DNA of 64,000 nucleotides from Pristiophorus japonicus (lineage: Eukaryota), in assembly GCF_044704955.1 (NCBI RefSeq), contig NC_091980.1, positions 123,256,001 through 123,320,000 on the forward strand, written 5' to 3'. Below are positions 25,643 to 38,109 of this stretch, piece by piece. A program made the position numbers and the translations under genes. The stretch's first letter is position 1; the number at the start of each line of letters is the position of its first letter. The notes under the pieces were generated by a model. The model made no database searches and had not been told where the DNA came from. It was given only the letters and a program-made list of their open reading frames with translations.

Positions 25643-27851
25643 GGGCCGAGATTTCGCCTACTGAGGCGGGTCCAGTGTGGTCGGAGTAGGTGGCGGATTG
25701 TGACCCCGCTCCTGGAAATAATTTTTCAATGATGGGGCTTGTTAAGCCCGTGCTGCGAGGTTCCCGGCCAATTAAAAGGAAGCGGATCTGATTATGTCAT
25801 TTGATGACGTGTCATCAGCAGGTTTCCTTAAAGGGATCATGTCCACATTCATTTTGACAGTTGTACTGCTAGTGTTCTATAGCATTGAGGAGCTGCAAAC
25901 ACTGACAAGCACGGCACAAAGGTGTACGGCTGCACCCAGGCTCTCCCATGACTCCCTCCAGATGCTTATGCAGGTAGTCACAGCATGTAGGGAGGTTCTC
26001 TTCACTTCCAATGAGCGGAAGAGACATCCCCAGGACACCAACACAGCCTGGTTTCACATTGTACAGGATGGCACAAGCAGAGATGTCGTCAGGAGGACCA
26101 GGCTACAGTGGTGCAAACCTTTCAATGATCTCAGTCGATCACGAAATGTTACTGCAAAGCCACACTCAACTTCATCCTGCTCTGCCACTCATCACATCCA
26201 CATCACTCTGCCTTCCCTACTCTATCCCTGCACATCCTTACTCACACCAACTTACCTTGCACCTCCACCCTTAATCTTTCTCTCTATCTACATTATCATA
26301 TTCCCATCTCACTAGCCACTCCTCACACTCACCCTCATCCTTGTCCAATCAGACCAACTAACAACACACAAGGGTAGGCACTTGGGTCTTTTAACCATGT
26401 CCATTTAAAGTTTCTGTTAAAGTGTTGTCAAACATTAAAATCTTTATTTTCAACACTTTACCTTCTTGGACAGATTTGTGTGCACCTTTGGAAGTGGCTT
26501 GGTGAGTTATAGTGAATGGCGAGATATAACAGTACCCCCCACAATGGTGATGAGTGTGAAAGGAATGGCTTGGGCATTGCAGGGATGCTTTATGGTGCTG
26601 GTGTAGGGTGGTGCCAACCTGGCGCATCATGTGGCAGCCAGGGTGTACAGCATCAAGTGAAGCAAATCTGGCCATGGTGAGGCCATCCCTGGCATCCTGG
26701 GCAGCAATATGGTCGGGTGCTGATGCCCTGTGCCCTGTGCAGCATCAGGTGATTGCTGAAAAGGTTGGTGTTGTTGTTAGTGCTGCTGGTGTGCCTGGTG
26801 ATGTTGGTGTTCAGGCTGATCGTGGTGGGATTCTGAGGATCAAGGTGACATGCTTTTCAAGGGCACCGATGCAGCTGGATTAGATGGCAGCTGAAGTTGA
26901 AATGCCAGAAGTGATCTGTTAGCGGTGAGAGAAGTTGCTCCAAGGAGGTGACAGTGCATAGAGAGTTTATTCCAAACACTTCCAAATCCTGAAGGCTCCG
27001 GCTTCTAAGATTGAAAAGTGGACAGCTGTGAAATGGTAGCTTTTATACCACATTTGCTGCTATCAACTATTCAGAAGAATGAATACTCATTGAAAACCCA
27101 CCTACTTACCTGACATGACCGGGGCACCTCTCGTCAGGTGCAAACAATTATGCCCAGGGGGCGCTACCGCCTCCCGCAAAATTGCGCAGGAGTTAGCAGA
27201 GGCTCAAAACCGGTAGCACCCCTCTCTGCTCTAGTCGCATGCCGGGCCACTGCGCCAGCGATAATTATGTCATTGCCATGCACAGCGACCTGTTTTTGCC
27301 CCGCAGCGGAAATTGGGCAGCGCCCCGTGAGGTCACCATGGGCGATGTCAGTGCCAGCCTCATGGGTCACGAACCAGGCCGCATGCCACTCACGGGACAA
27401 AAGGTAAAGGGGAGGTGCGTGGCGCCATTTTTTTTCCCCGGCCGATTTACCGGTCTGGCCTTTCATGGTGTATTTCGCGGGGTCCTTGCCATGATGGTGC
27501 AGTCACGGCACCCCGCATCCCCGTTGGGCTAGTGGAGGGCCATCGCCCCACTGCAGAGCTCGCAGCGTGCCCTCTCCTTTAATGGAAGGGGAGGAGCCTG
27601 TGCTCACGCCAATGCTATGCTGAGAGGCTGTGTAGAGTTGGAAATTTGCGTGCTTACTGCCCTGGTCCCGTCCCCGAGAGGAAGGGGAGCGCCCAATGTT
27701 GTGCTCCATTTCCTCTCGGGGGCGGTACTCCCAATTTCGCCGCCGGTGTAGGACTTCCATGTCGGGGGCGGGACTTCCGTGCCAGGCACGGGAAGTCCCG
27801 CCTCGCCTCGGTTACTGCCCCCCAAACGGGGCGATACCAAATTTCGACCCC
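25643..27851. mobile_element. Internally deleted PIF/Harbinger-like transposon (or two adjoining ones) with Myb/SANT and transposase remnants
   Basis: Ends GGGCCGAGATTT / AAATTTCGACCCC; + strand Myb/SANT-like ORF; - strand peptide HIAAQDARDGLTMARF (about 26665-26715) resembles a Harbinger transposase C-terminus. TSD does not match. Confidence 0.6.
25920..26140 (+). pseudogene. Myb/SANT-like (trihelix) DNA-binding domain remnant, Harbinger second ORF
   Basis: AAPRLSHDSLQMLMQVVTACREVLF...AWFHIVQDGTSRDVVRRTRLQWCKPFNDL fits the APRFS..L...V..R..VLF..AW..I....RT..QC.K.(F/W)NDL pattern. Confidence 0.75.
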
Positions 27852-30616
27852 AAGGTGTCTTGCTAGGTTACAATGCTCCTACACATGTTATAACTACCTA
27901 AAGCAAGGAAACAGAATAGATGTGACTTCATTATTACCTTAAAGTTAAAAGAAAGACTTGTTAGAAATGTTGGAGTAGTTGACCTAGCACAGTGTGTTCT
28001 TGAAAATAGATTATTGGTAGATCAGAACTGGACGAAGGAAAGATTGAGTTAGATGGAGAAATCTGACTGCAGCCTCATCCACCATTGGGCAAGAGTGGAC
28101 CAGGAGAGTCTTAGAACTGTTGTACTATTTTCAGAGATTTGGGTCTTGGAAGAACTTCTCCAAAGTGTGAAGGATGATATGGAAATGGGTTCTGCCTTGA
28201 GGTTAATTGTTACAATGAAAGTGAAATGGATAAAGAACTAAAGTAAGAAAAAGGAGAGAAGGAATGGTTCCTTAAAATGTCAAAGCAGGATTTAGGTGCA
28301 TATGGACTCCATAGAATGGGCCGGGGAATAGGGGCAGCTTGGTGGTAAGTTGCCCCAGTATGCACGAGAAGGATGCAAGACATAGGAGAACCATGAGCAA
28401 ATGGAGCTGGCTGATTGCCAAAGAATAAATCCATAAAAGAACAAGTAAAGGCACAGTAACTCAGAGAAATGGCAAGAAGCATGGGTGAGCAGTGTGAAGG
28501 GAAATATTGGAAAGAATATTCAATTTAAAACAGATCAGAAGTTGAGCGACAAGTCTCATTACAAAATGAATCTGAAGCAATCAAACATTCAAACCAAAAA
28601 GAAATAGGAACGCTATGTGGGATGAGGTATGGTTCAGTAGTGAATTAAAACAGCAAAATTATACAGGCATCCAATACGTAGGGTATAATTTAGTATTGAT
28701 GTGGCCAATTTAAATGCAATAGATAAATGGGGTTTTCAGTGTCTGGAATGATTTTATAATGTTTTCTGATGGAGATTATTGTTGTTAGTTGATTTTTTTT
28801 TACAAAATTTGAGTTGAAGCCCCTCATTTAGCTGTACTCTTCCTTTGCATTTATAAAAATATATATTTTTGTTAGATTGTTCACTCCTACATTTCCTGTC
28901 AGTTTTCTCTCTTGCCCTTCCCTTTTGCTGAAATTGTTGACTCCTAGATAGACAAGTAACTGCAGTTCTTTAGTACTGTGGTGTATGGAGAGAGAGAGTT
29001 AGACTGAACACTGTGAGCTCAAAGTAAAGTGTGAACTTAGTCTTTTATTGCAGGTCTCCAGAGTGCCTCTCCAACCTGTGAAGCACTCTTAAATACCTGT
29101 GCTGCCAAGGGATTATGGGATCCCTTGGGACTCTGGGGAATGGTGGCTGTACAGAGTAAATACAAGTCCACATATATAACAACATTCCCCCACAAAGTCA
29201 ATAGTGTAACTATTTATAACGTGAGTCAATCTGGGGCCCTTCTTGCCCTGATTGATCGTCTTGGTGTGAAAGCTGATGTTGTTGAATCTTTTACTGGGCC
29301 CTCACTGGGCTGCTGTGCAGCTGGCCTTGCTGGGTTGCCTGGTGTGTTGGGCCCTGCAGGGCTGCTGTGGATGATGGGTTCTGCTTTGTGGTCAACCGTG
29401 GAGTCGGTTGCCACTGGTGTGTATGTTGCGGGATCAGAAAAGTTAGGGTCCAACTTGGGTTGCTCAGGGTAGTCCGTAAATCTGAGTTTAATTTGGTTCA
29501 AGTGTTTCCGGTGAATGAGTTCATTTGAAAGTTTGACCCGAAACACAAACAGCCAGCTCCGTTTGCTCATGGTTCTCCTATGTCTTGCATCCTTCTCGTG
29601 CATACTGGGGTATTTATCCTTTTACTCTCGGAAAACAGGGATATAAATGGCTTATGGTCAGTTTCCAATTCGAATTTTAGCCCAAACAGGTATTGATGCA
29701 TTTTCTTTACCCCATAGACAGAGGCTAACGCTTCTTTTTCAATCATGCTGTAGGCTCTCTCGGCCTTAGACAGACTCCTGGATACATAAGCAACCGGTTG
29801 CAATTACCCAAAATCATTAGCTTGTTGCAATACACACCCGACGCCATATGACAACGCATCACATGCTAGTACCAAATGCTCACATGAATCATACAACACA
29901 AGCATTTAGTTTGAGCATAACAATTTTCTCATTTTTACAAAGGCATTTTCTTGGCTTTTTCCCCAAACCCATTCACCCTCTTTTCGTAGTAAGACATGTT
30001 GTGGTTCTAACAGGGTGCTGAGACCCGGTAAGAAGTTACCAAAGTAGTTCAAGAGTCCCAGAAATGACCGCAGCTCCGTCACGTTCTGTGGCCTCGGTGC
30101 GTTCTTGATTGCCTCCGTCTTCGTGTTGGTGGGCCTGATGCCGTCCGCCGCAATCCTTCTTCCCAGGAACTCCACTTCAGGCACCAGGAAAGCGCACTTC
30201 AAGCGTTTTAACCTGAGCCCCACGCGGTTGAGTCGACTAAGAACCTCCTCCAGGTTCTGCAGATGCTCAACTGTTTTCCGTCCTGTGACCAAGATGTCGT
30301 CCTGGAAGACCATGGTGTGCGGGACTGACTTCAGTAAACTTTCCATGTTTCTCTGGAATATCGCTGCCACTGATCGGATTCCAAAGGGACATCTGTTATA
30401 AACAAAAAGACCTTTGTGCGTGTTGATGCAGGTGAGGGCCTTTGATGATTCCTCCAGTTCCTGCGTCATGTAGGCTGAAGTCAGATCCAGCGTTGCAAAG
30501 AGATCGTCGGCTTTTGGTAGTGAGAAATGATTTATACTTACTTTGTAATCGCCACAGATTCTGACGGTGCCGTCTCCCTTGAGGACTGGGACAATGGGAC
30601 TGGCCCTCTCGCTGAA

Positions 30617-33600
30617 ACAAAAAGGAGGCAAAAGCAAAAGACAGAAAGGAGATGAGGAAAAGTGAGGGCAGAGAAACCCAAGGCAAAGAACAAAAAGGGC
30701 CACTGTACAGCAAAATTCTAAAAGGACAAAGGGTGTTAAAAAAACAAGCCTGAAGGCTTTGTGTCTTAATGCAAGGAGTATCGCAATAAGGTGGATGAAT
30801 TAACTGTGCAAATAGATGTTAACAAATATGATGTGATTGGGATTACGGCTCCAGGATGATCAGGGCTGGGAACTCAACATCCAGGGGTATTCAACATTCA
30901 GGAAAGATAGAATAAATGGAAATGAAGGTGGGGTAGCATTGCTGGTTAAGGAGCAAATTAAGGCAATAGTTCGGAAGACATTAGCTTGGATAATGTGGAA
31001 TCTATATGGGTAGAGCTGCAGAATACCAAAGGGCAAAAAACGTTAGTGGGAGTTGTGTACAGACCTCCAAACAGTAGTAGTGACGTTGGGGAGGGCATCA
31101 AACATGAAATTAGGGGTGCGTGCAATAAAGGTGCAGCAGTTATAATGGGTGACTTTAATATGCACATAGATTGGGTTAACCAAACTGGAAGCAATACGGT
31201 GGAGGAGGATTTCCTGGAGTGCATAAGGGATGGTTTTTTAGACCAATATGTCGAGGAACCAATTAGGGGGGAGGCCATCTTAGACTGGGTGTTGTGTATT
31301 GAGAGAGGATTAATTAGCAATCTCGTTGTGCGAGGCCCCTTGGGGAAGAGTGACCATAATATGGTGGAATTCTGCATTAGGATGGAGAATGAAACAGTTA
31401 ATTCAGAGACCATGGTCCAGAACTTAAAGAAGGGTAACTTTGAAGGTATGAGGCGTGAATTGGCTAGGATAGATTGGCGAATGATACTGAAGGGGTTGAC
31501 TGTGGATGGGCAATGGCAGACATTTAGAGACCGCATGGATGAACTACAACAATTGTACATTCCTGTCTGGCGTAAAAATAAAAAAGGGAAGGTGGCTCAA
31601 CCGTGGCTATCTAGGGAAATCAGGGATAGCATTAAAGCCAAGGAAGTGGCATACAAATTGGCCAGAAATAGCAGCAAACCCGGGGACTGGGAGAAATTTA
31701 GAACTCAGCAGAGGAGGACAAAGGGTTTGATTAGGGCAGGGAAAATGGAGTACGAGAAGAAGCTTGCAGGGAACATTAAGACGGATTGCAAAAGTTTCTA
31801 TAGATATGTAAAGAGAAAAAGGTTAGTAAAGACAAACGTAGGTCCCCTGCAGTCAGAATCAGGGGAAGTCATAACGGGGAACAAAGAAATGGCGGACCAA
31901 TTGAACAAGTACTTTGGTTCGGTATTCACTGAGGAGGACACAAACAACCTTCCGGATAGAAAAGGGGTCGGAGGGTCTAGTAAGGAGGAGGAACTGAGGG
32001 AAATCCTTATTAATCGGGAAATTGTGTTGGGGAAATTGATGGGATTGAAGGCCGATAAATCCCCAGGGCCTGATGGACTGCATCCCAGAGTACTTCAGGA
32101 GGTGGCCTTGGAAATAGTGGATGCATTGACAGTCATTTTCCAACATTCCATTGACTCTGGATCAGTTCCTATGGAGTGGAGGGTAGCCAATGTAACCCCA
32201 CTTTTTAAAAAAGGAGGGAGAGAGAAAACAGGGAATTATAGACCGGTCAGCCTGACATCGGTAGTGGGTAAAATGATGGAATCAATTATTAAGGATGTCA
32301 TAGCAGTGCATTTGGAAAGAGGTAATATGATAGGTCCAAGTCAGCATGGATTTGTGAAAGGGAAATCATGCTTGACAAATCTTCTGGAATTTTTTGAGGA
32401 TGTTTCCAGTAGAGTGGACAAGGGAGAACCAGTTGATGTGGTATATTTGGACTTTCAGAAGGCTTTCGACAAGGTCCCACACAAGAGATTAATGTGCAAA
32501 GTTAAAGCACATGGGATTGGGGGTAGTGTGCTGACATGGATTGAGAACTGGTTGTCAGACAGGAAGCAAAGAGTAGGAGTAAATGGGGACTTTTCAGAAT
32601 GGCAGGCAGTGACTAGTGGGGTACCGCAAGGTTCTGTGCTGGGGCCCCAGCTGTTTACACTGTACATTAATGATTTAGACGAGGGGATTAAATGTAGTAT
32701 CTCCAAATTTGCGGATGACACTAAGTTGGGTGGCAGTGTGAGCTGCGAGGAGGATGCTATGAGGCTGCAGAACGACTTGGATAGGTTAGGTGAGTGGGCA
32801 AATGCATGGCAGATGAAGTATAATGTGGATAAATGTGAGGTTATCCACTTTGGTGGTAAAAACAGAGAGACAGACTATTATCTGAAAGGTGACAGATTAG
32901 GAAAAGGGGAGGTGCAAAGAGACCTAGGTGTCATGGTACATCAGTCATTGAAGGTTGGCATGCAGGTACAGCAGGCGGTTAAGAAAGCAAATGGCATGTT
33001 GGTCTTCATAGCGAGGGGATTTGAGTACAGGGGCAGGGAGGTGTTGCTACAATTGTACAGGGCCTTGGTGAGGCTACACCTGGAGTATTGTGTACAGTTT
33101 TGGTCTCCTAACCTGAGGAAGGACATTCTTTCTATTGAGGGAGTGCAGCGAAGGTTCACCAGACTGATTCCCGGGATGGCGGGACAGACCTATCAAGAAA
33201 GACTGGATCAACTGGGCTTGTATTCACTGGAGTTCAGAAGAATGAGAGGGGACCTCATAGAAACATTTAAAATTCTGACGGGGTTAGACAGGTTAGATGC
33301 AGGAAGAATGTTCCCAATGTTGGGGAAGTCCAGAACCAGGGGACACAGTCTAAGGATAAGGGGGAAGCCATTTAGGACCGAGATGAGGAGGAATTTCTTC
33401 ACCCAGAGAGTGGTGAACCTGTGGAATTCTCTACCACAGAAAGTTGCTGAGGCCAATTCACTAAATATATTCAAAAAGGAGTTAGATGAAGTCCTTACTA
33501 CTAGGGGAATCAAGGGGTATGGTGAGAAAGCAGGAATGGGGTACTGAAGTTGCATGTTCAGTCATGAACTCATTGAATGGCGGTGCAGGCTAGAAGGGCC

Positions 33601-33645
33601 GAATGGCCTACTCCTGCACCTATTTTCTATGTTTCTATGTTTCTA
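30617..33645 (+). mobile_element. 5'-truncated CR1 LINE inserted antisense into the Gypsy RT region
   Basis: Gypsy sequence resumes on both sides with TGAA duplicated (30613-30616, 33646-33649); 3' UTR GGGCCGAATGGCCTACTCCTGC and (TTTCTATG)n tail. Confidence 0.95.
30986..33547 (+). CDS. CR1 ORF2 (C-terminal part of APE endonuclease plus reverse transcriptase), 853 open codons; N-terminus frameshifted
   Basis: VYRPP, MGDFN, SDH (APE); KSPGPDG, NYRPVSL, LDFQKAFDKV, GVPQGSVLGP, KFADDTKL (RT). The upstream APE start (LKALCLNARSI, about 30750) is out of frame. Confidence 0.93.
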   Translation: MDNVESIWVELQNTKGQKTLVGVVYRPPNSSSDVGEGIKHEIRGACNKGAAVIMGDFNMHIDWVNQTGSNTVEEDFLECIRDGFLDQYVEEPIRGEAILDWVLCIERGLISNLVVRGPLGKSDHNMVEFCIRMENETVNSETMVQNLKKGNFEGMRRELARIDWRMILKGLTVDGQWQTFRDRMDELQQLYIPVWRKNKKGKVAQPWLSREIRDSIKAKEVAYKLARNSSKPGDWEKFRTQQRRTKGLIRAGKMEYEKKLAGNIKTDCKSFYRYVKRKRLVKTNVGPLQSESGEVITGNKEMADQLNKYFGSVFTEEDTNNLPDRKGVGGSSKEEELREILINREIVLGKLMGLKADKSPGPDGLHPRVLQEVALEIVDALTVIFQHSIDSGSVPMEWRVANVTPLFKKGGREKTGNYRPVSLTSVVGKMMESIIKDVIAVHLERGNMIGPSQHGFVKGKSCLTNLLEFFEDVSSRVDKGEPVDVVYLDFQKAFDKVPHKRLMCKVKAHGIGGSVLTWIENWLSDRKQRVGVNGDFSEWQAVTSGVPQGSVLGPQLFTLYINDLDEGIKCSISKFADDTKLGGSVSCEEDAMRLQNDLDRLGEWANAWQMKYNVDKCEVIHFGGKNRETDYYLKGDRLGKGEVQRDLGVMVHQSLKVGMQVQQAVKKANGMLVFIARGFEYRGREVLLQLYRALVRLHLEYCVQFWSPNLRKDILSIEGVQRRFTRLIPGMAGQTYQERLDQLGLYSLEFRRMRGDLIETFKILTGLDRLDAGRMFPMLGKSRTRGHSLRIRGKPFRTEMRRNFFTQRVVNLWNSLPQKVAEANSLNIFKKELDEVLTTRGIKGYGEKAGMGY

Positions 33646-35755
33646 TGAACACGATCGCTGAGATGATGCTCTTTCTTTGTAGCCGGTCTAGCTCGATCTC
33701 TACCCTTTCTCTCATCATGTACGGTACTGCTCTTGCCTTGTGATGGATGGGTTGTGCCCCCGGAATTAGGTGGATCTGCACTTTTGCTCTTTGGAATTTA
33801 CCTATGCCTGGTTCGAACAGTGAAGGAAATTTGTATAAGACCTGGACACACGATGTGTCGTCAGTGGGCAATGGCGCTTGGATGTTGCCCCAGTTCCAGC
33901 GTATCTTTCCCAGCCAGCACTTGCCGAGCAGCGTGGGACCACCGCCCGGTACCACCCAGAGTGGTAGCTTGTGCACCGCTCCATTGTAAGAGACCTTTAC
34001 GGTAGCATTGCGGATTACAGGAATCAGTTCTTTTGTGTAAGTTCTTAGTTTCGTGCGAATTGGAGTTAAGACTGGCCTTGAGGCTTTGTTTCACCATAAC
34101 CTTTCGAAAGTCTTTTTGCCCATGATGGACTGGCTCACACCCGTGTCCAGCTCCAGTGACACCGCAAGTCCATTTAGTTCAACATTCAGCATTATTGGGG
34201 GACAATTCGTGGTGAATGTGTGTACCCCATGTACCTCTGCCTCCTCTATCTGAGGCTCTGTTTCATCGTGATCCTCCTCTGCAACCTGTTGGTTTGCAAG
34301 TTTAACAGGTTTAGCAGCTCGCCTGCACACTTGTTGGAGGTGTCCCATTGTTCCACAGCCCTTGCTAACGTATCCTTTGAATTGGCATAAATGGAAACCT
34401 GATCACCCCCACAGCGCCAACAAGGTGTTAATAGCCTTGCATTCATCACCCTTGATGGTGGACTCTGAGATATCTGCAGACGTGCAGCTGCCTTTACAAT
34501 TCAAAAACAACATCACTTTGTTCACAGTATTTGTATCAGCACTCGTGTACTGAGAGATTTGCTTCATATTGTCACTGGGGGCAATGAACGCCTGGGCTAT
34601 CGCTGTGGCCTTACTCAAGGTTGGGGTCTCTACAGTCCAAAGTTTGCGAAGTATGGTTTCGTGGCCAATGCCAAGTACGAAAAAGTCTCTGAGCATGTGC
34701 TCCAAATGTCCTTCAAATTCGCAATGTCCTGCAAGGCGTCTTCGCTCGGCGATATAACTCGCCATTTCCTGGCCTTCAGACCTTTTGTAGGGGTAGAACC
34801 GGTACCTCGCCATCAGAACGCTTTCCTTCGGGTTAAAATGCTCTCGGACCAGTGTGCACAAATCGTTGTACGATTTCTTCGTGGGTTTCGCTGGAGTGAA
34901 CAGATTCTTCATGAGGCCATACGTTGGTGTCCCACAGACGGTGAGTAGGATCGCCCTTCGTTTGGAAGCGCTCTGTTCCCCATCTAGCTTGTTGGCCACG
35001 AATTATTGATTGAGTCACTCCACAAAAGTTTCCCAATCATCTCCTTCTGAAAGTTTCTCCAGGATGCCTACTGTTCTCTGCATCTTTGGGTTCGCTATCT
35101 GTATCTCGTCGCCAGTTGTAGTGTATGGAGAGAGAGTCAGACTGTGAGCTCAAAGTAAAGTGTGACCGTAGTCTTTTATTGCAGGTCTCCAGAGTGCCTC
35201 TCCAACCTGTGAAGCCTTCTTAAATACCTGTGCTCCCAAGGAATTATGGGATCCCTTGGGACTCTGGGGAATGAGCCCTCTGGTGGCTGTACAGAGTAAC
35301 TACAAGTCCACATATATAACAAGTACCTCATCTAACGAGCGAGACAGTGAGTGACAGCAGGTGACTTAGCAGCCAATATCGCAGGCAAAGCTGACTCTGC
35401 CCTCACCTGACATTAATATGCATTATTTCAGTAGGGATTATAGCTCAATGATTGTGCATGTGCAGAATTAGATAACTTAGCACAGACCATATATCAAACT
35501 TGGGCCTTCCCAAGGTGTCCGCCTTGGCTCAATCGGCAGCACTCCTGCCACTGAGTCAGAGGTCGTGGGTTCAAGTCCCACTCCAGAGACTTGAGCACAT
35601 AATCTAGGTTGACAATTGTTGGAGGTGCTGTCCTTCAGATGAAACACCGTCTGACCATGGCAATAGTTGAAAAGCAGGAGAGTTCTCCTGGTGTCCTCGC
35701 TAACATCTATCTCTTAACCAGCTTCATTAAAACATGTTATCTGAGCATTTATATA

Positions 35756-36139
35756 CAGGTGCAGCATCCAGAATCTGGAACCCTCGCGATTCCAGACTTT
35801 CCCGACTTTCGATTATCTTTCTGACATCACGAATCCGGAAACACCCGAGCCCAGGTTTGGGTATTTCTGGATTTCGGAACATCAGAAATGGGGGTGAGGG
35901 GGGTGAGGGGGGTGAGGGGGGGGCGGGTCCCCGCCGAGGAGGAGATGTTCAGCCGGGCGAGGGACGGTAAGGCAAGGCCCGAGGTCAGGCAGCGGCAGGA
36001 CCCTGAGGTCGTCAGGGTCGGCGGGCCCGAATTCCGGAATATTTTACGGATTCCAGACGACCCTGCCACCGATCGGTCCGTAGTCCGTATTCCGGAACGT
36101 CCCGGATTCTGGAACTCCATATTTTGGATGCTGCACCTG
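35756..36139. mobile_element. Tc1/mariner-superfamily (pogo/Tigger-like) MITE
   Basis: TIR CAGGTGCAGCATCCA(G/A)AAT(C/A)TGGA; TA on both sides; internal TCCGGA-rich subrepeats. Confidence 0.85.
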
Positions 36140-36989
36140 TAATTGCAATTTTCAGGATCATACTGTGCACAAATTGATTGCTGTGTTTCCCTTCATTGTA
36201 ACAGTGACTATGGGGCCAAAATTCAGTGCAGCCAGAAAGCTGATGCTTTTAAGGTCTTTCTTCCCTGATTAACGCCGCAAAGTTTGCGGTGGCCATTGGA
36301 TTCAAATTCAGCTTTTTGACCACAAAAAGTGTTCCAGTCTTATTATCCCTTCAAACCTGTAAGTTTGCAATCTTAATTGAAGCGTGATTCCCACGGGAAA
36401 TTCAATGTAGCACAGACACGAGGGAACGAGCGTATCAGTGCTGCTTTGGAAAGGATGGCCGCGGTTCTGCAAGAGTCAGCGGTGCGTCTAAGTGGTGTCA
36501 TATCTGGTGACTTTCAGACTGTGGTTGCTCGCATGCAATCTCAGCTGGATGCTCCCCGAGACCTCAGTTGTTGCTTTCGCGGCTGGGTCCACCACGGGCC
36601 ACAGGGGACCTTCCGGTGTGGTGCCACAGCACTGACCTGAGCACCCTCAGATTGGTGGTGGTGGTATTGTGCCGCCCCTGGTGAGTTATTCAGGCTCCTC
36701 AGACCAGGATACGGATGATGCGTTTCCTCCTGCTCACAGCATTCCTGGCCCCAGACCTGTCACTCCACCAGTGCCTCCACGCTTGGCCTCGCCCGAGCTA
36801 AGTCAGACTGAACCCTCCCAGGAGGGTGTTGACCAGTCTCCAGCCGGCCCTTCCAGGCCCAAAGCTGCTCGAGGGCATCCTAGAAGGACATCTGCAGCTT
36901 CCACACAGGGAACACAGCAACCTTCCCAGACCCATGAGGCAGCCACAGGAGAGACACTGAGGTGAAGTCACAGGTTAGGCACGGGTAAG

Positions 36990-38060
36990 ATCATCATAGG
37001 CTGCCCCTCGAAGTCGAGGAAGACTTGCTTCCACTCTAAAAGTGAGTTCTCAGGTGTACAGTCCAATGTAGGACCGACAGTCTCTGTCACAGGTGGGACA
37101 GACAGTGGTTGAAGGAAAGGGTGGGTGAGGAGCCTTGTTTGCCGCACGCTCCTTCCGCTGTCTGCGCTTGGTTTCTGCATGCTCTCGGCGACGAGACCCG
37201 AGATGCTCAGCGCCCTCCCAGATGCTCCTCCCCCACTTTGGGCGGTCTTAGGCCAGGGATTCCCAGGTGTCGGTAGGGATGTTGCACTTTATCAAGAAGG
37301 CTTTGAGGGTATCCTTGAAGCGTTTCCTCTGCCCACCAGGGTCTCGCTTGCCGTGTCGAGACTCCAAGTAGAGCGCTTGCTTTGGGAGTCTCGTGTCAGG
37401 CATGTGGACAATGTGACCCGCCCAGCAGAGCTAATCGAGCGTGGTCAGTGCTTCGATGCTGGGGATGTTGGCCTGAGCAAGAACACTAACATTGGTGCGT
37501 CTGTCCTTCCAATGGATTTACAGGATCTTGCGGAGGCAGCACTGGTGGTACTCCAATGCTTTGAGGTGTCTGCTGGAAAATATCCACATCTCTGAGCCAT
37601 ATAGGTGGGCAGGTATCACTACTGCCCTGTAGACTATCAGCTTGGTGCCAGATTTGAGGTCCTGATCTTCAAACACTCTCTTCCTCAGGTGACCGAAGGC
37701 TGCGTTGGCACACTGAAGGTGATGTTGGACATCGTCATCGATGTCTGCCCTTGCTGACAGTAGGTTCCAGAGGTATGGAAAGTGGTCCATGTTGTCCAAG
37801 GCGTCACCGTGGATTTTTATAATCGGGGGTGCAGTGCTGTGTGGCGGGGTCAGGTTGGTGGAGGACCTTTGTCTTACGGATGTTTAGTGTAAGGCCCATG
37901 TTTTCGTATGCCTCTATGCAGGTGTTGATGATGGCTTGGAGTTCGGCCTCCGAGTGTGTGCAGACACAAGCATTGTCTGCGTACTGTAGTTCAATGACAG
38001 ATGATGGGATGACATTGGATCTAGCCTGGGGGTGGCGGAGGTGGAACAGATTTGTTACTG
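36990..38060 (-). mobile_element. RTE LINE 3' ~1 kb fragment
   Basis: ELQYADNACVC (YADD-like), GLTLNIRKTKV, HFPYL..LS, LYGSE; (ATG)n tail at about 36990. Confidence 0.92.
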
Positions 38061-38109
38061 CTCGGAATGCTGAGCTGGGCTGACGTTTCCAGTCTGAGCC
38101 CCTGGATTG

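Larger units (their letters stand above)
28977..35321 (-). mobile_element. Ty3/Gypsy LTR retrotransposon family B, copy 1; integrase deleted, CR1 nested
   Basis: LTRs 28977-29181 and 35117-35321 (TG...CA); perfect TSD AGTAC; PBS TGGCGACGAG (35114-35105, complementary to a tRNA-Ser(GCU) 3' end); PPT before the 3' LTR; gag (34403-34999), PR (LELDTGVSQS), RT (MVFQDDILVTG) and RH pieces. Confidence 0.96.

Noticed and set aside
29906-30703. RT ORF with an apparent hydrophobic, signal-like N-terminus (possible env or fusion protein)
   Set aside because: The hydrophobic part is the antisense reading of the purine-rich 5' end of the nested CR1; an insertion artefact.
35520-35600. tRNA gene (A and B boxes), also near 6430 and 47250
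   Set aside because: Continues into a SINE body, so it is a tRNA-derived SINE head; no complete cloverleaf seen.
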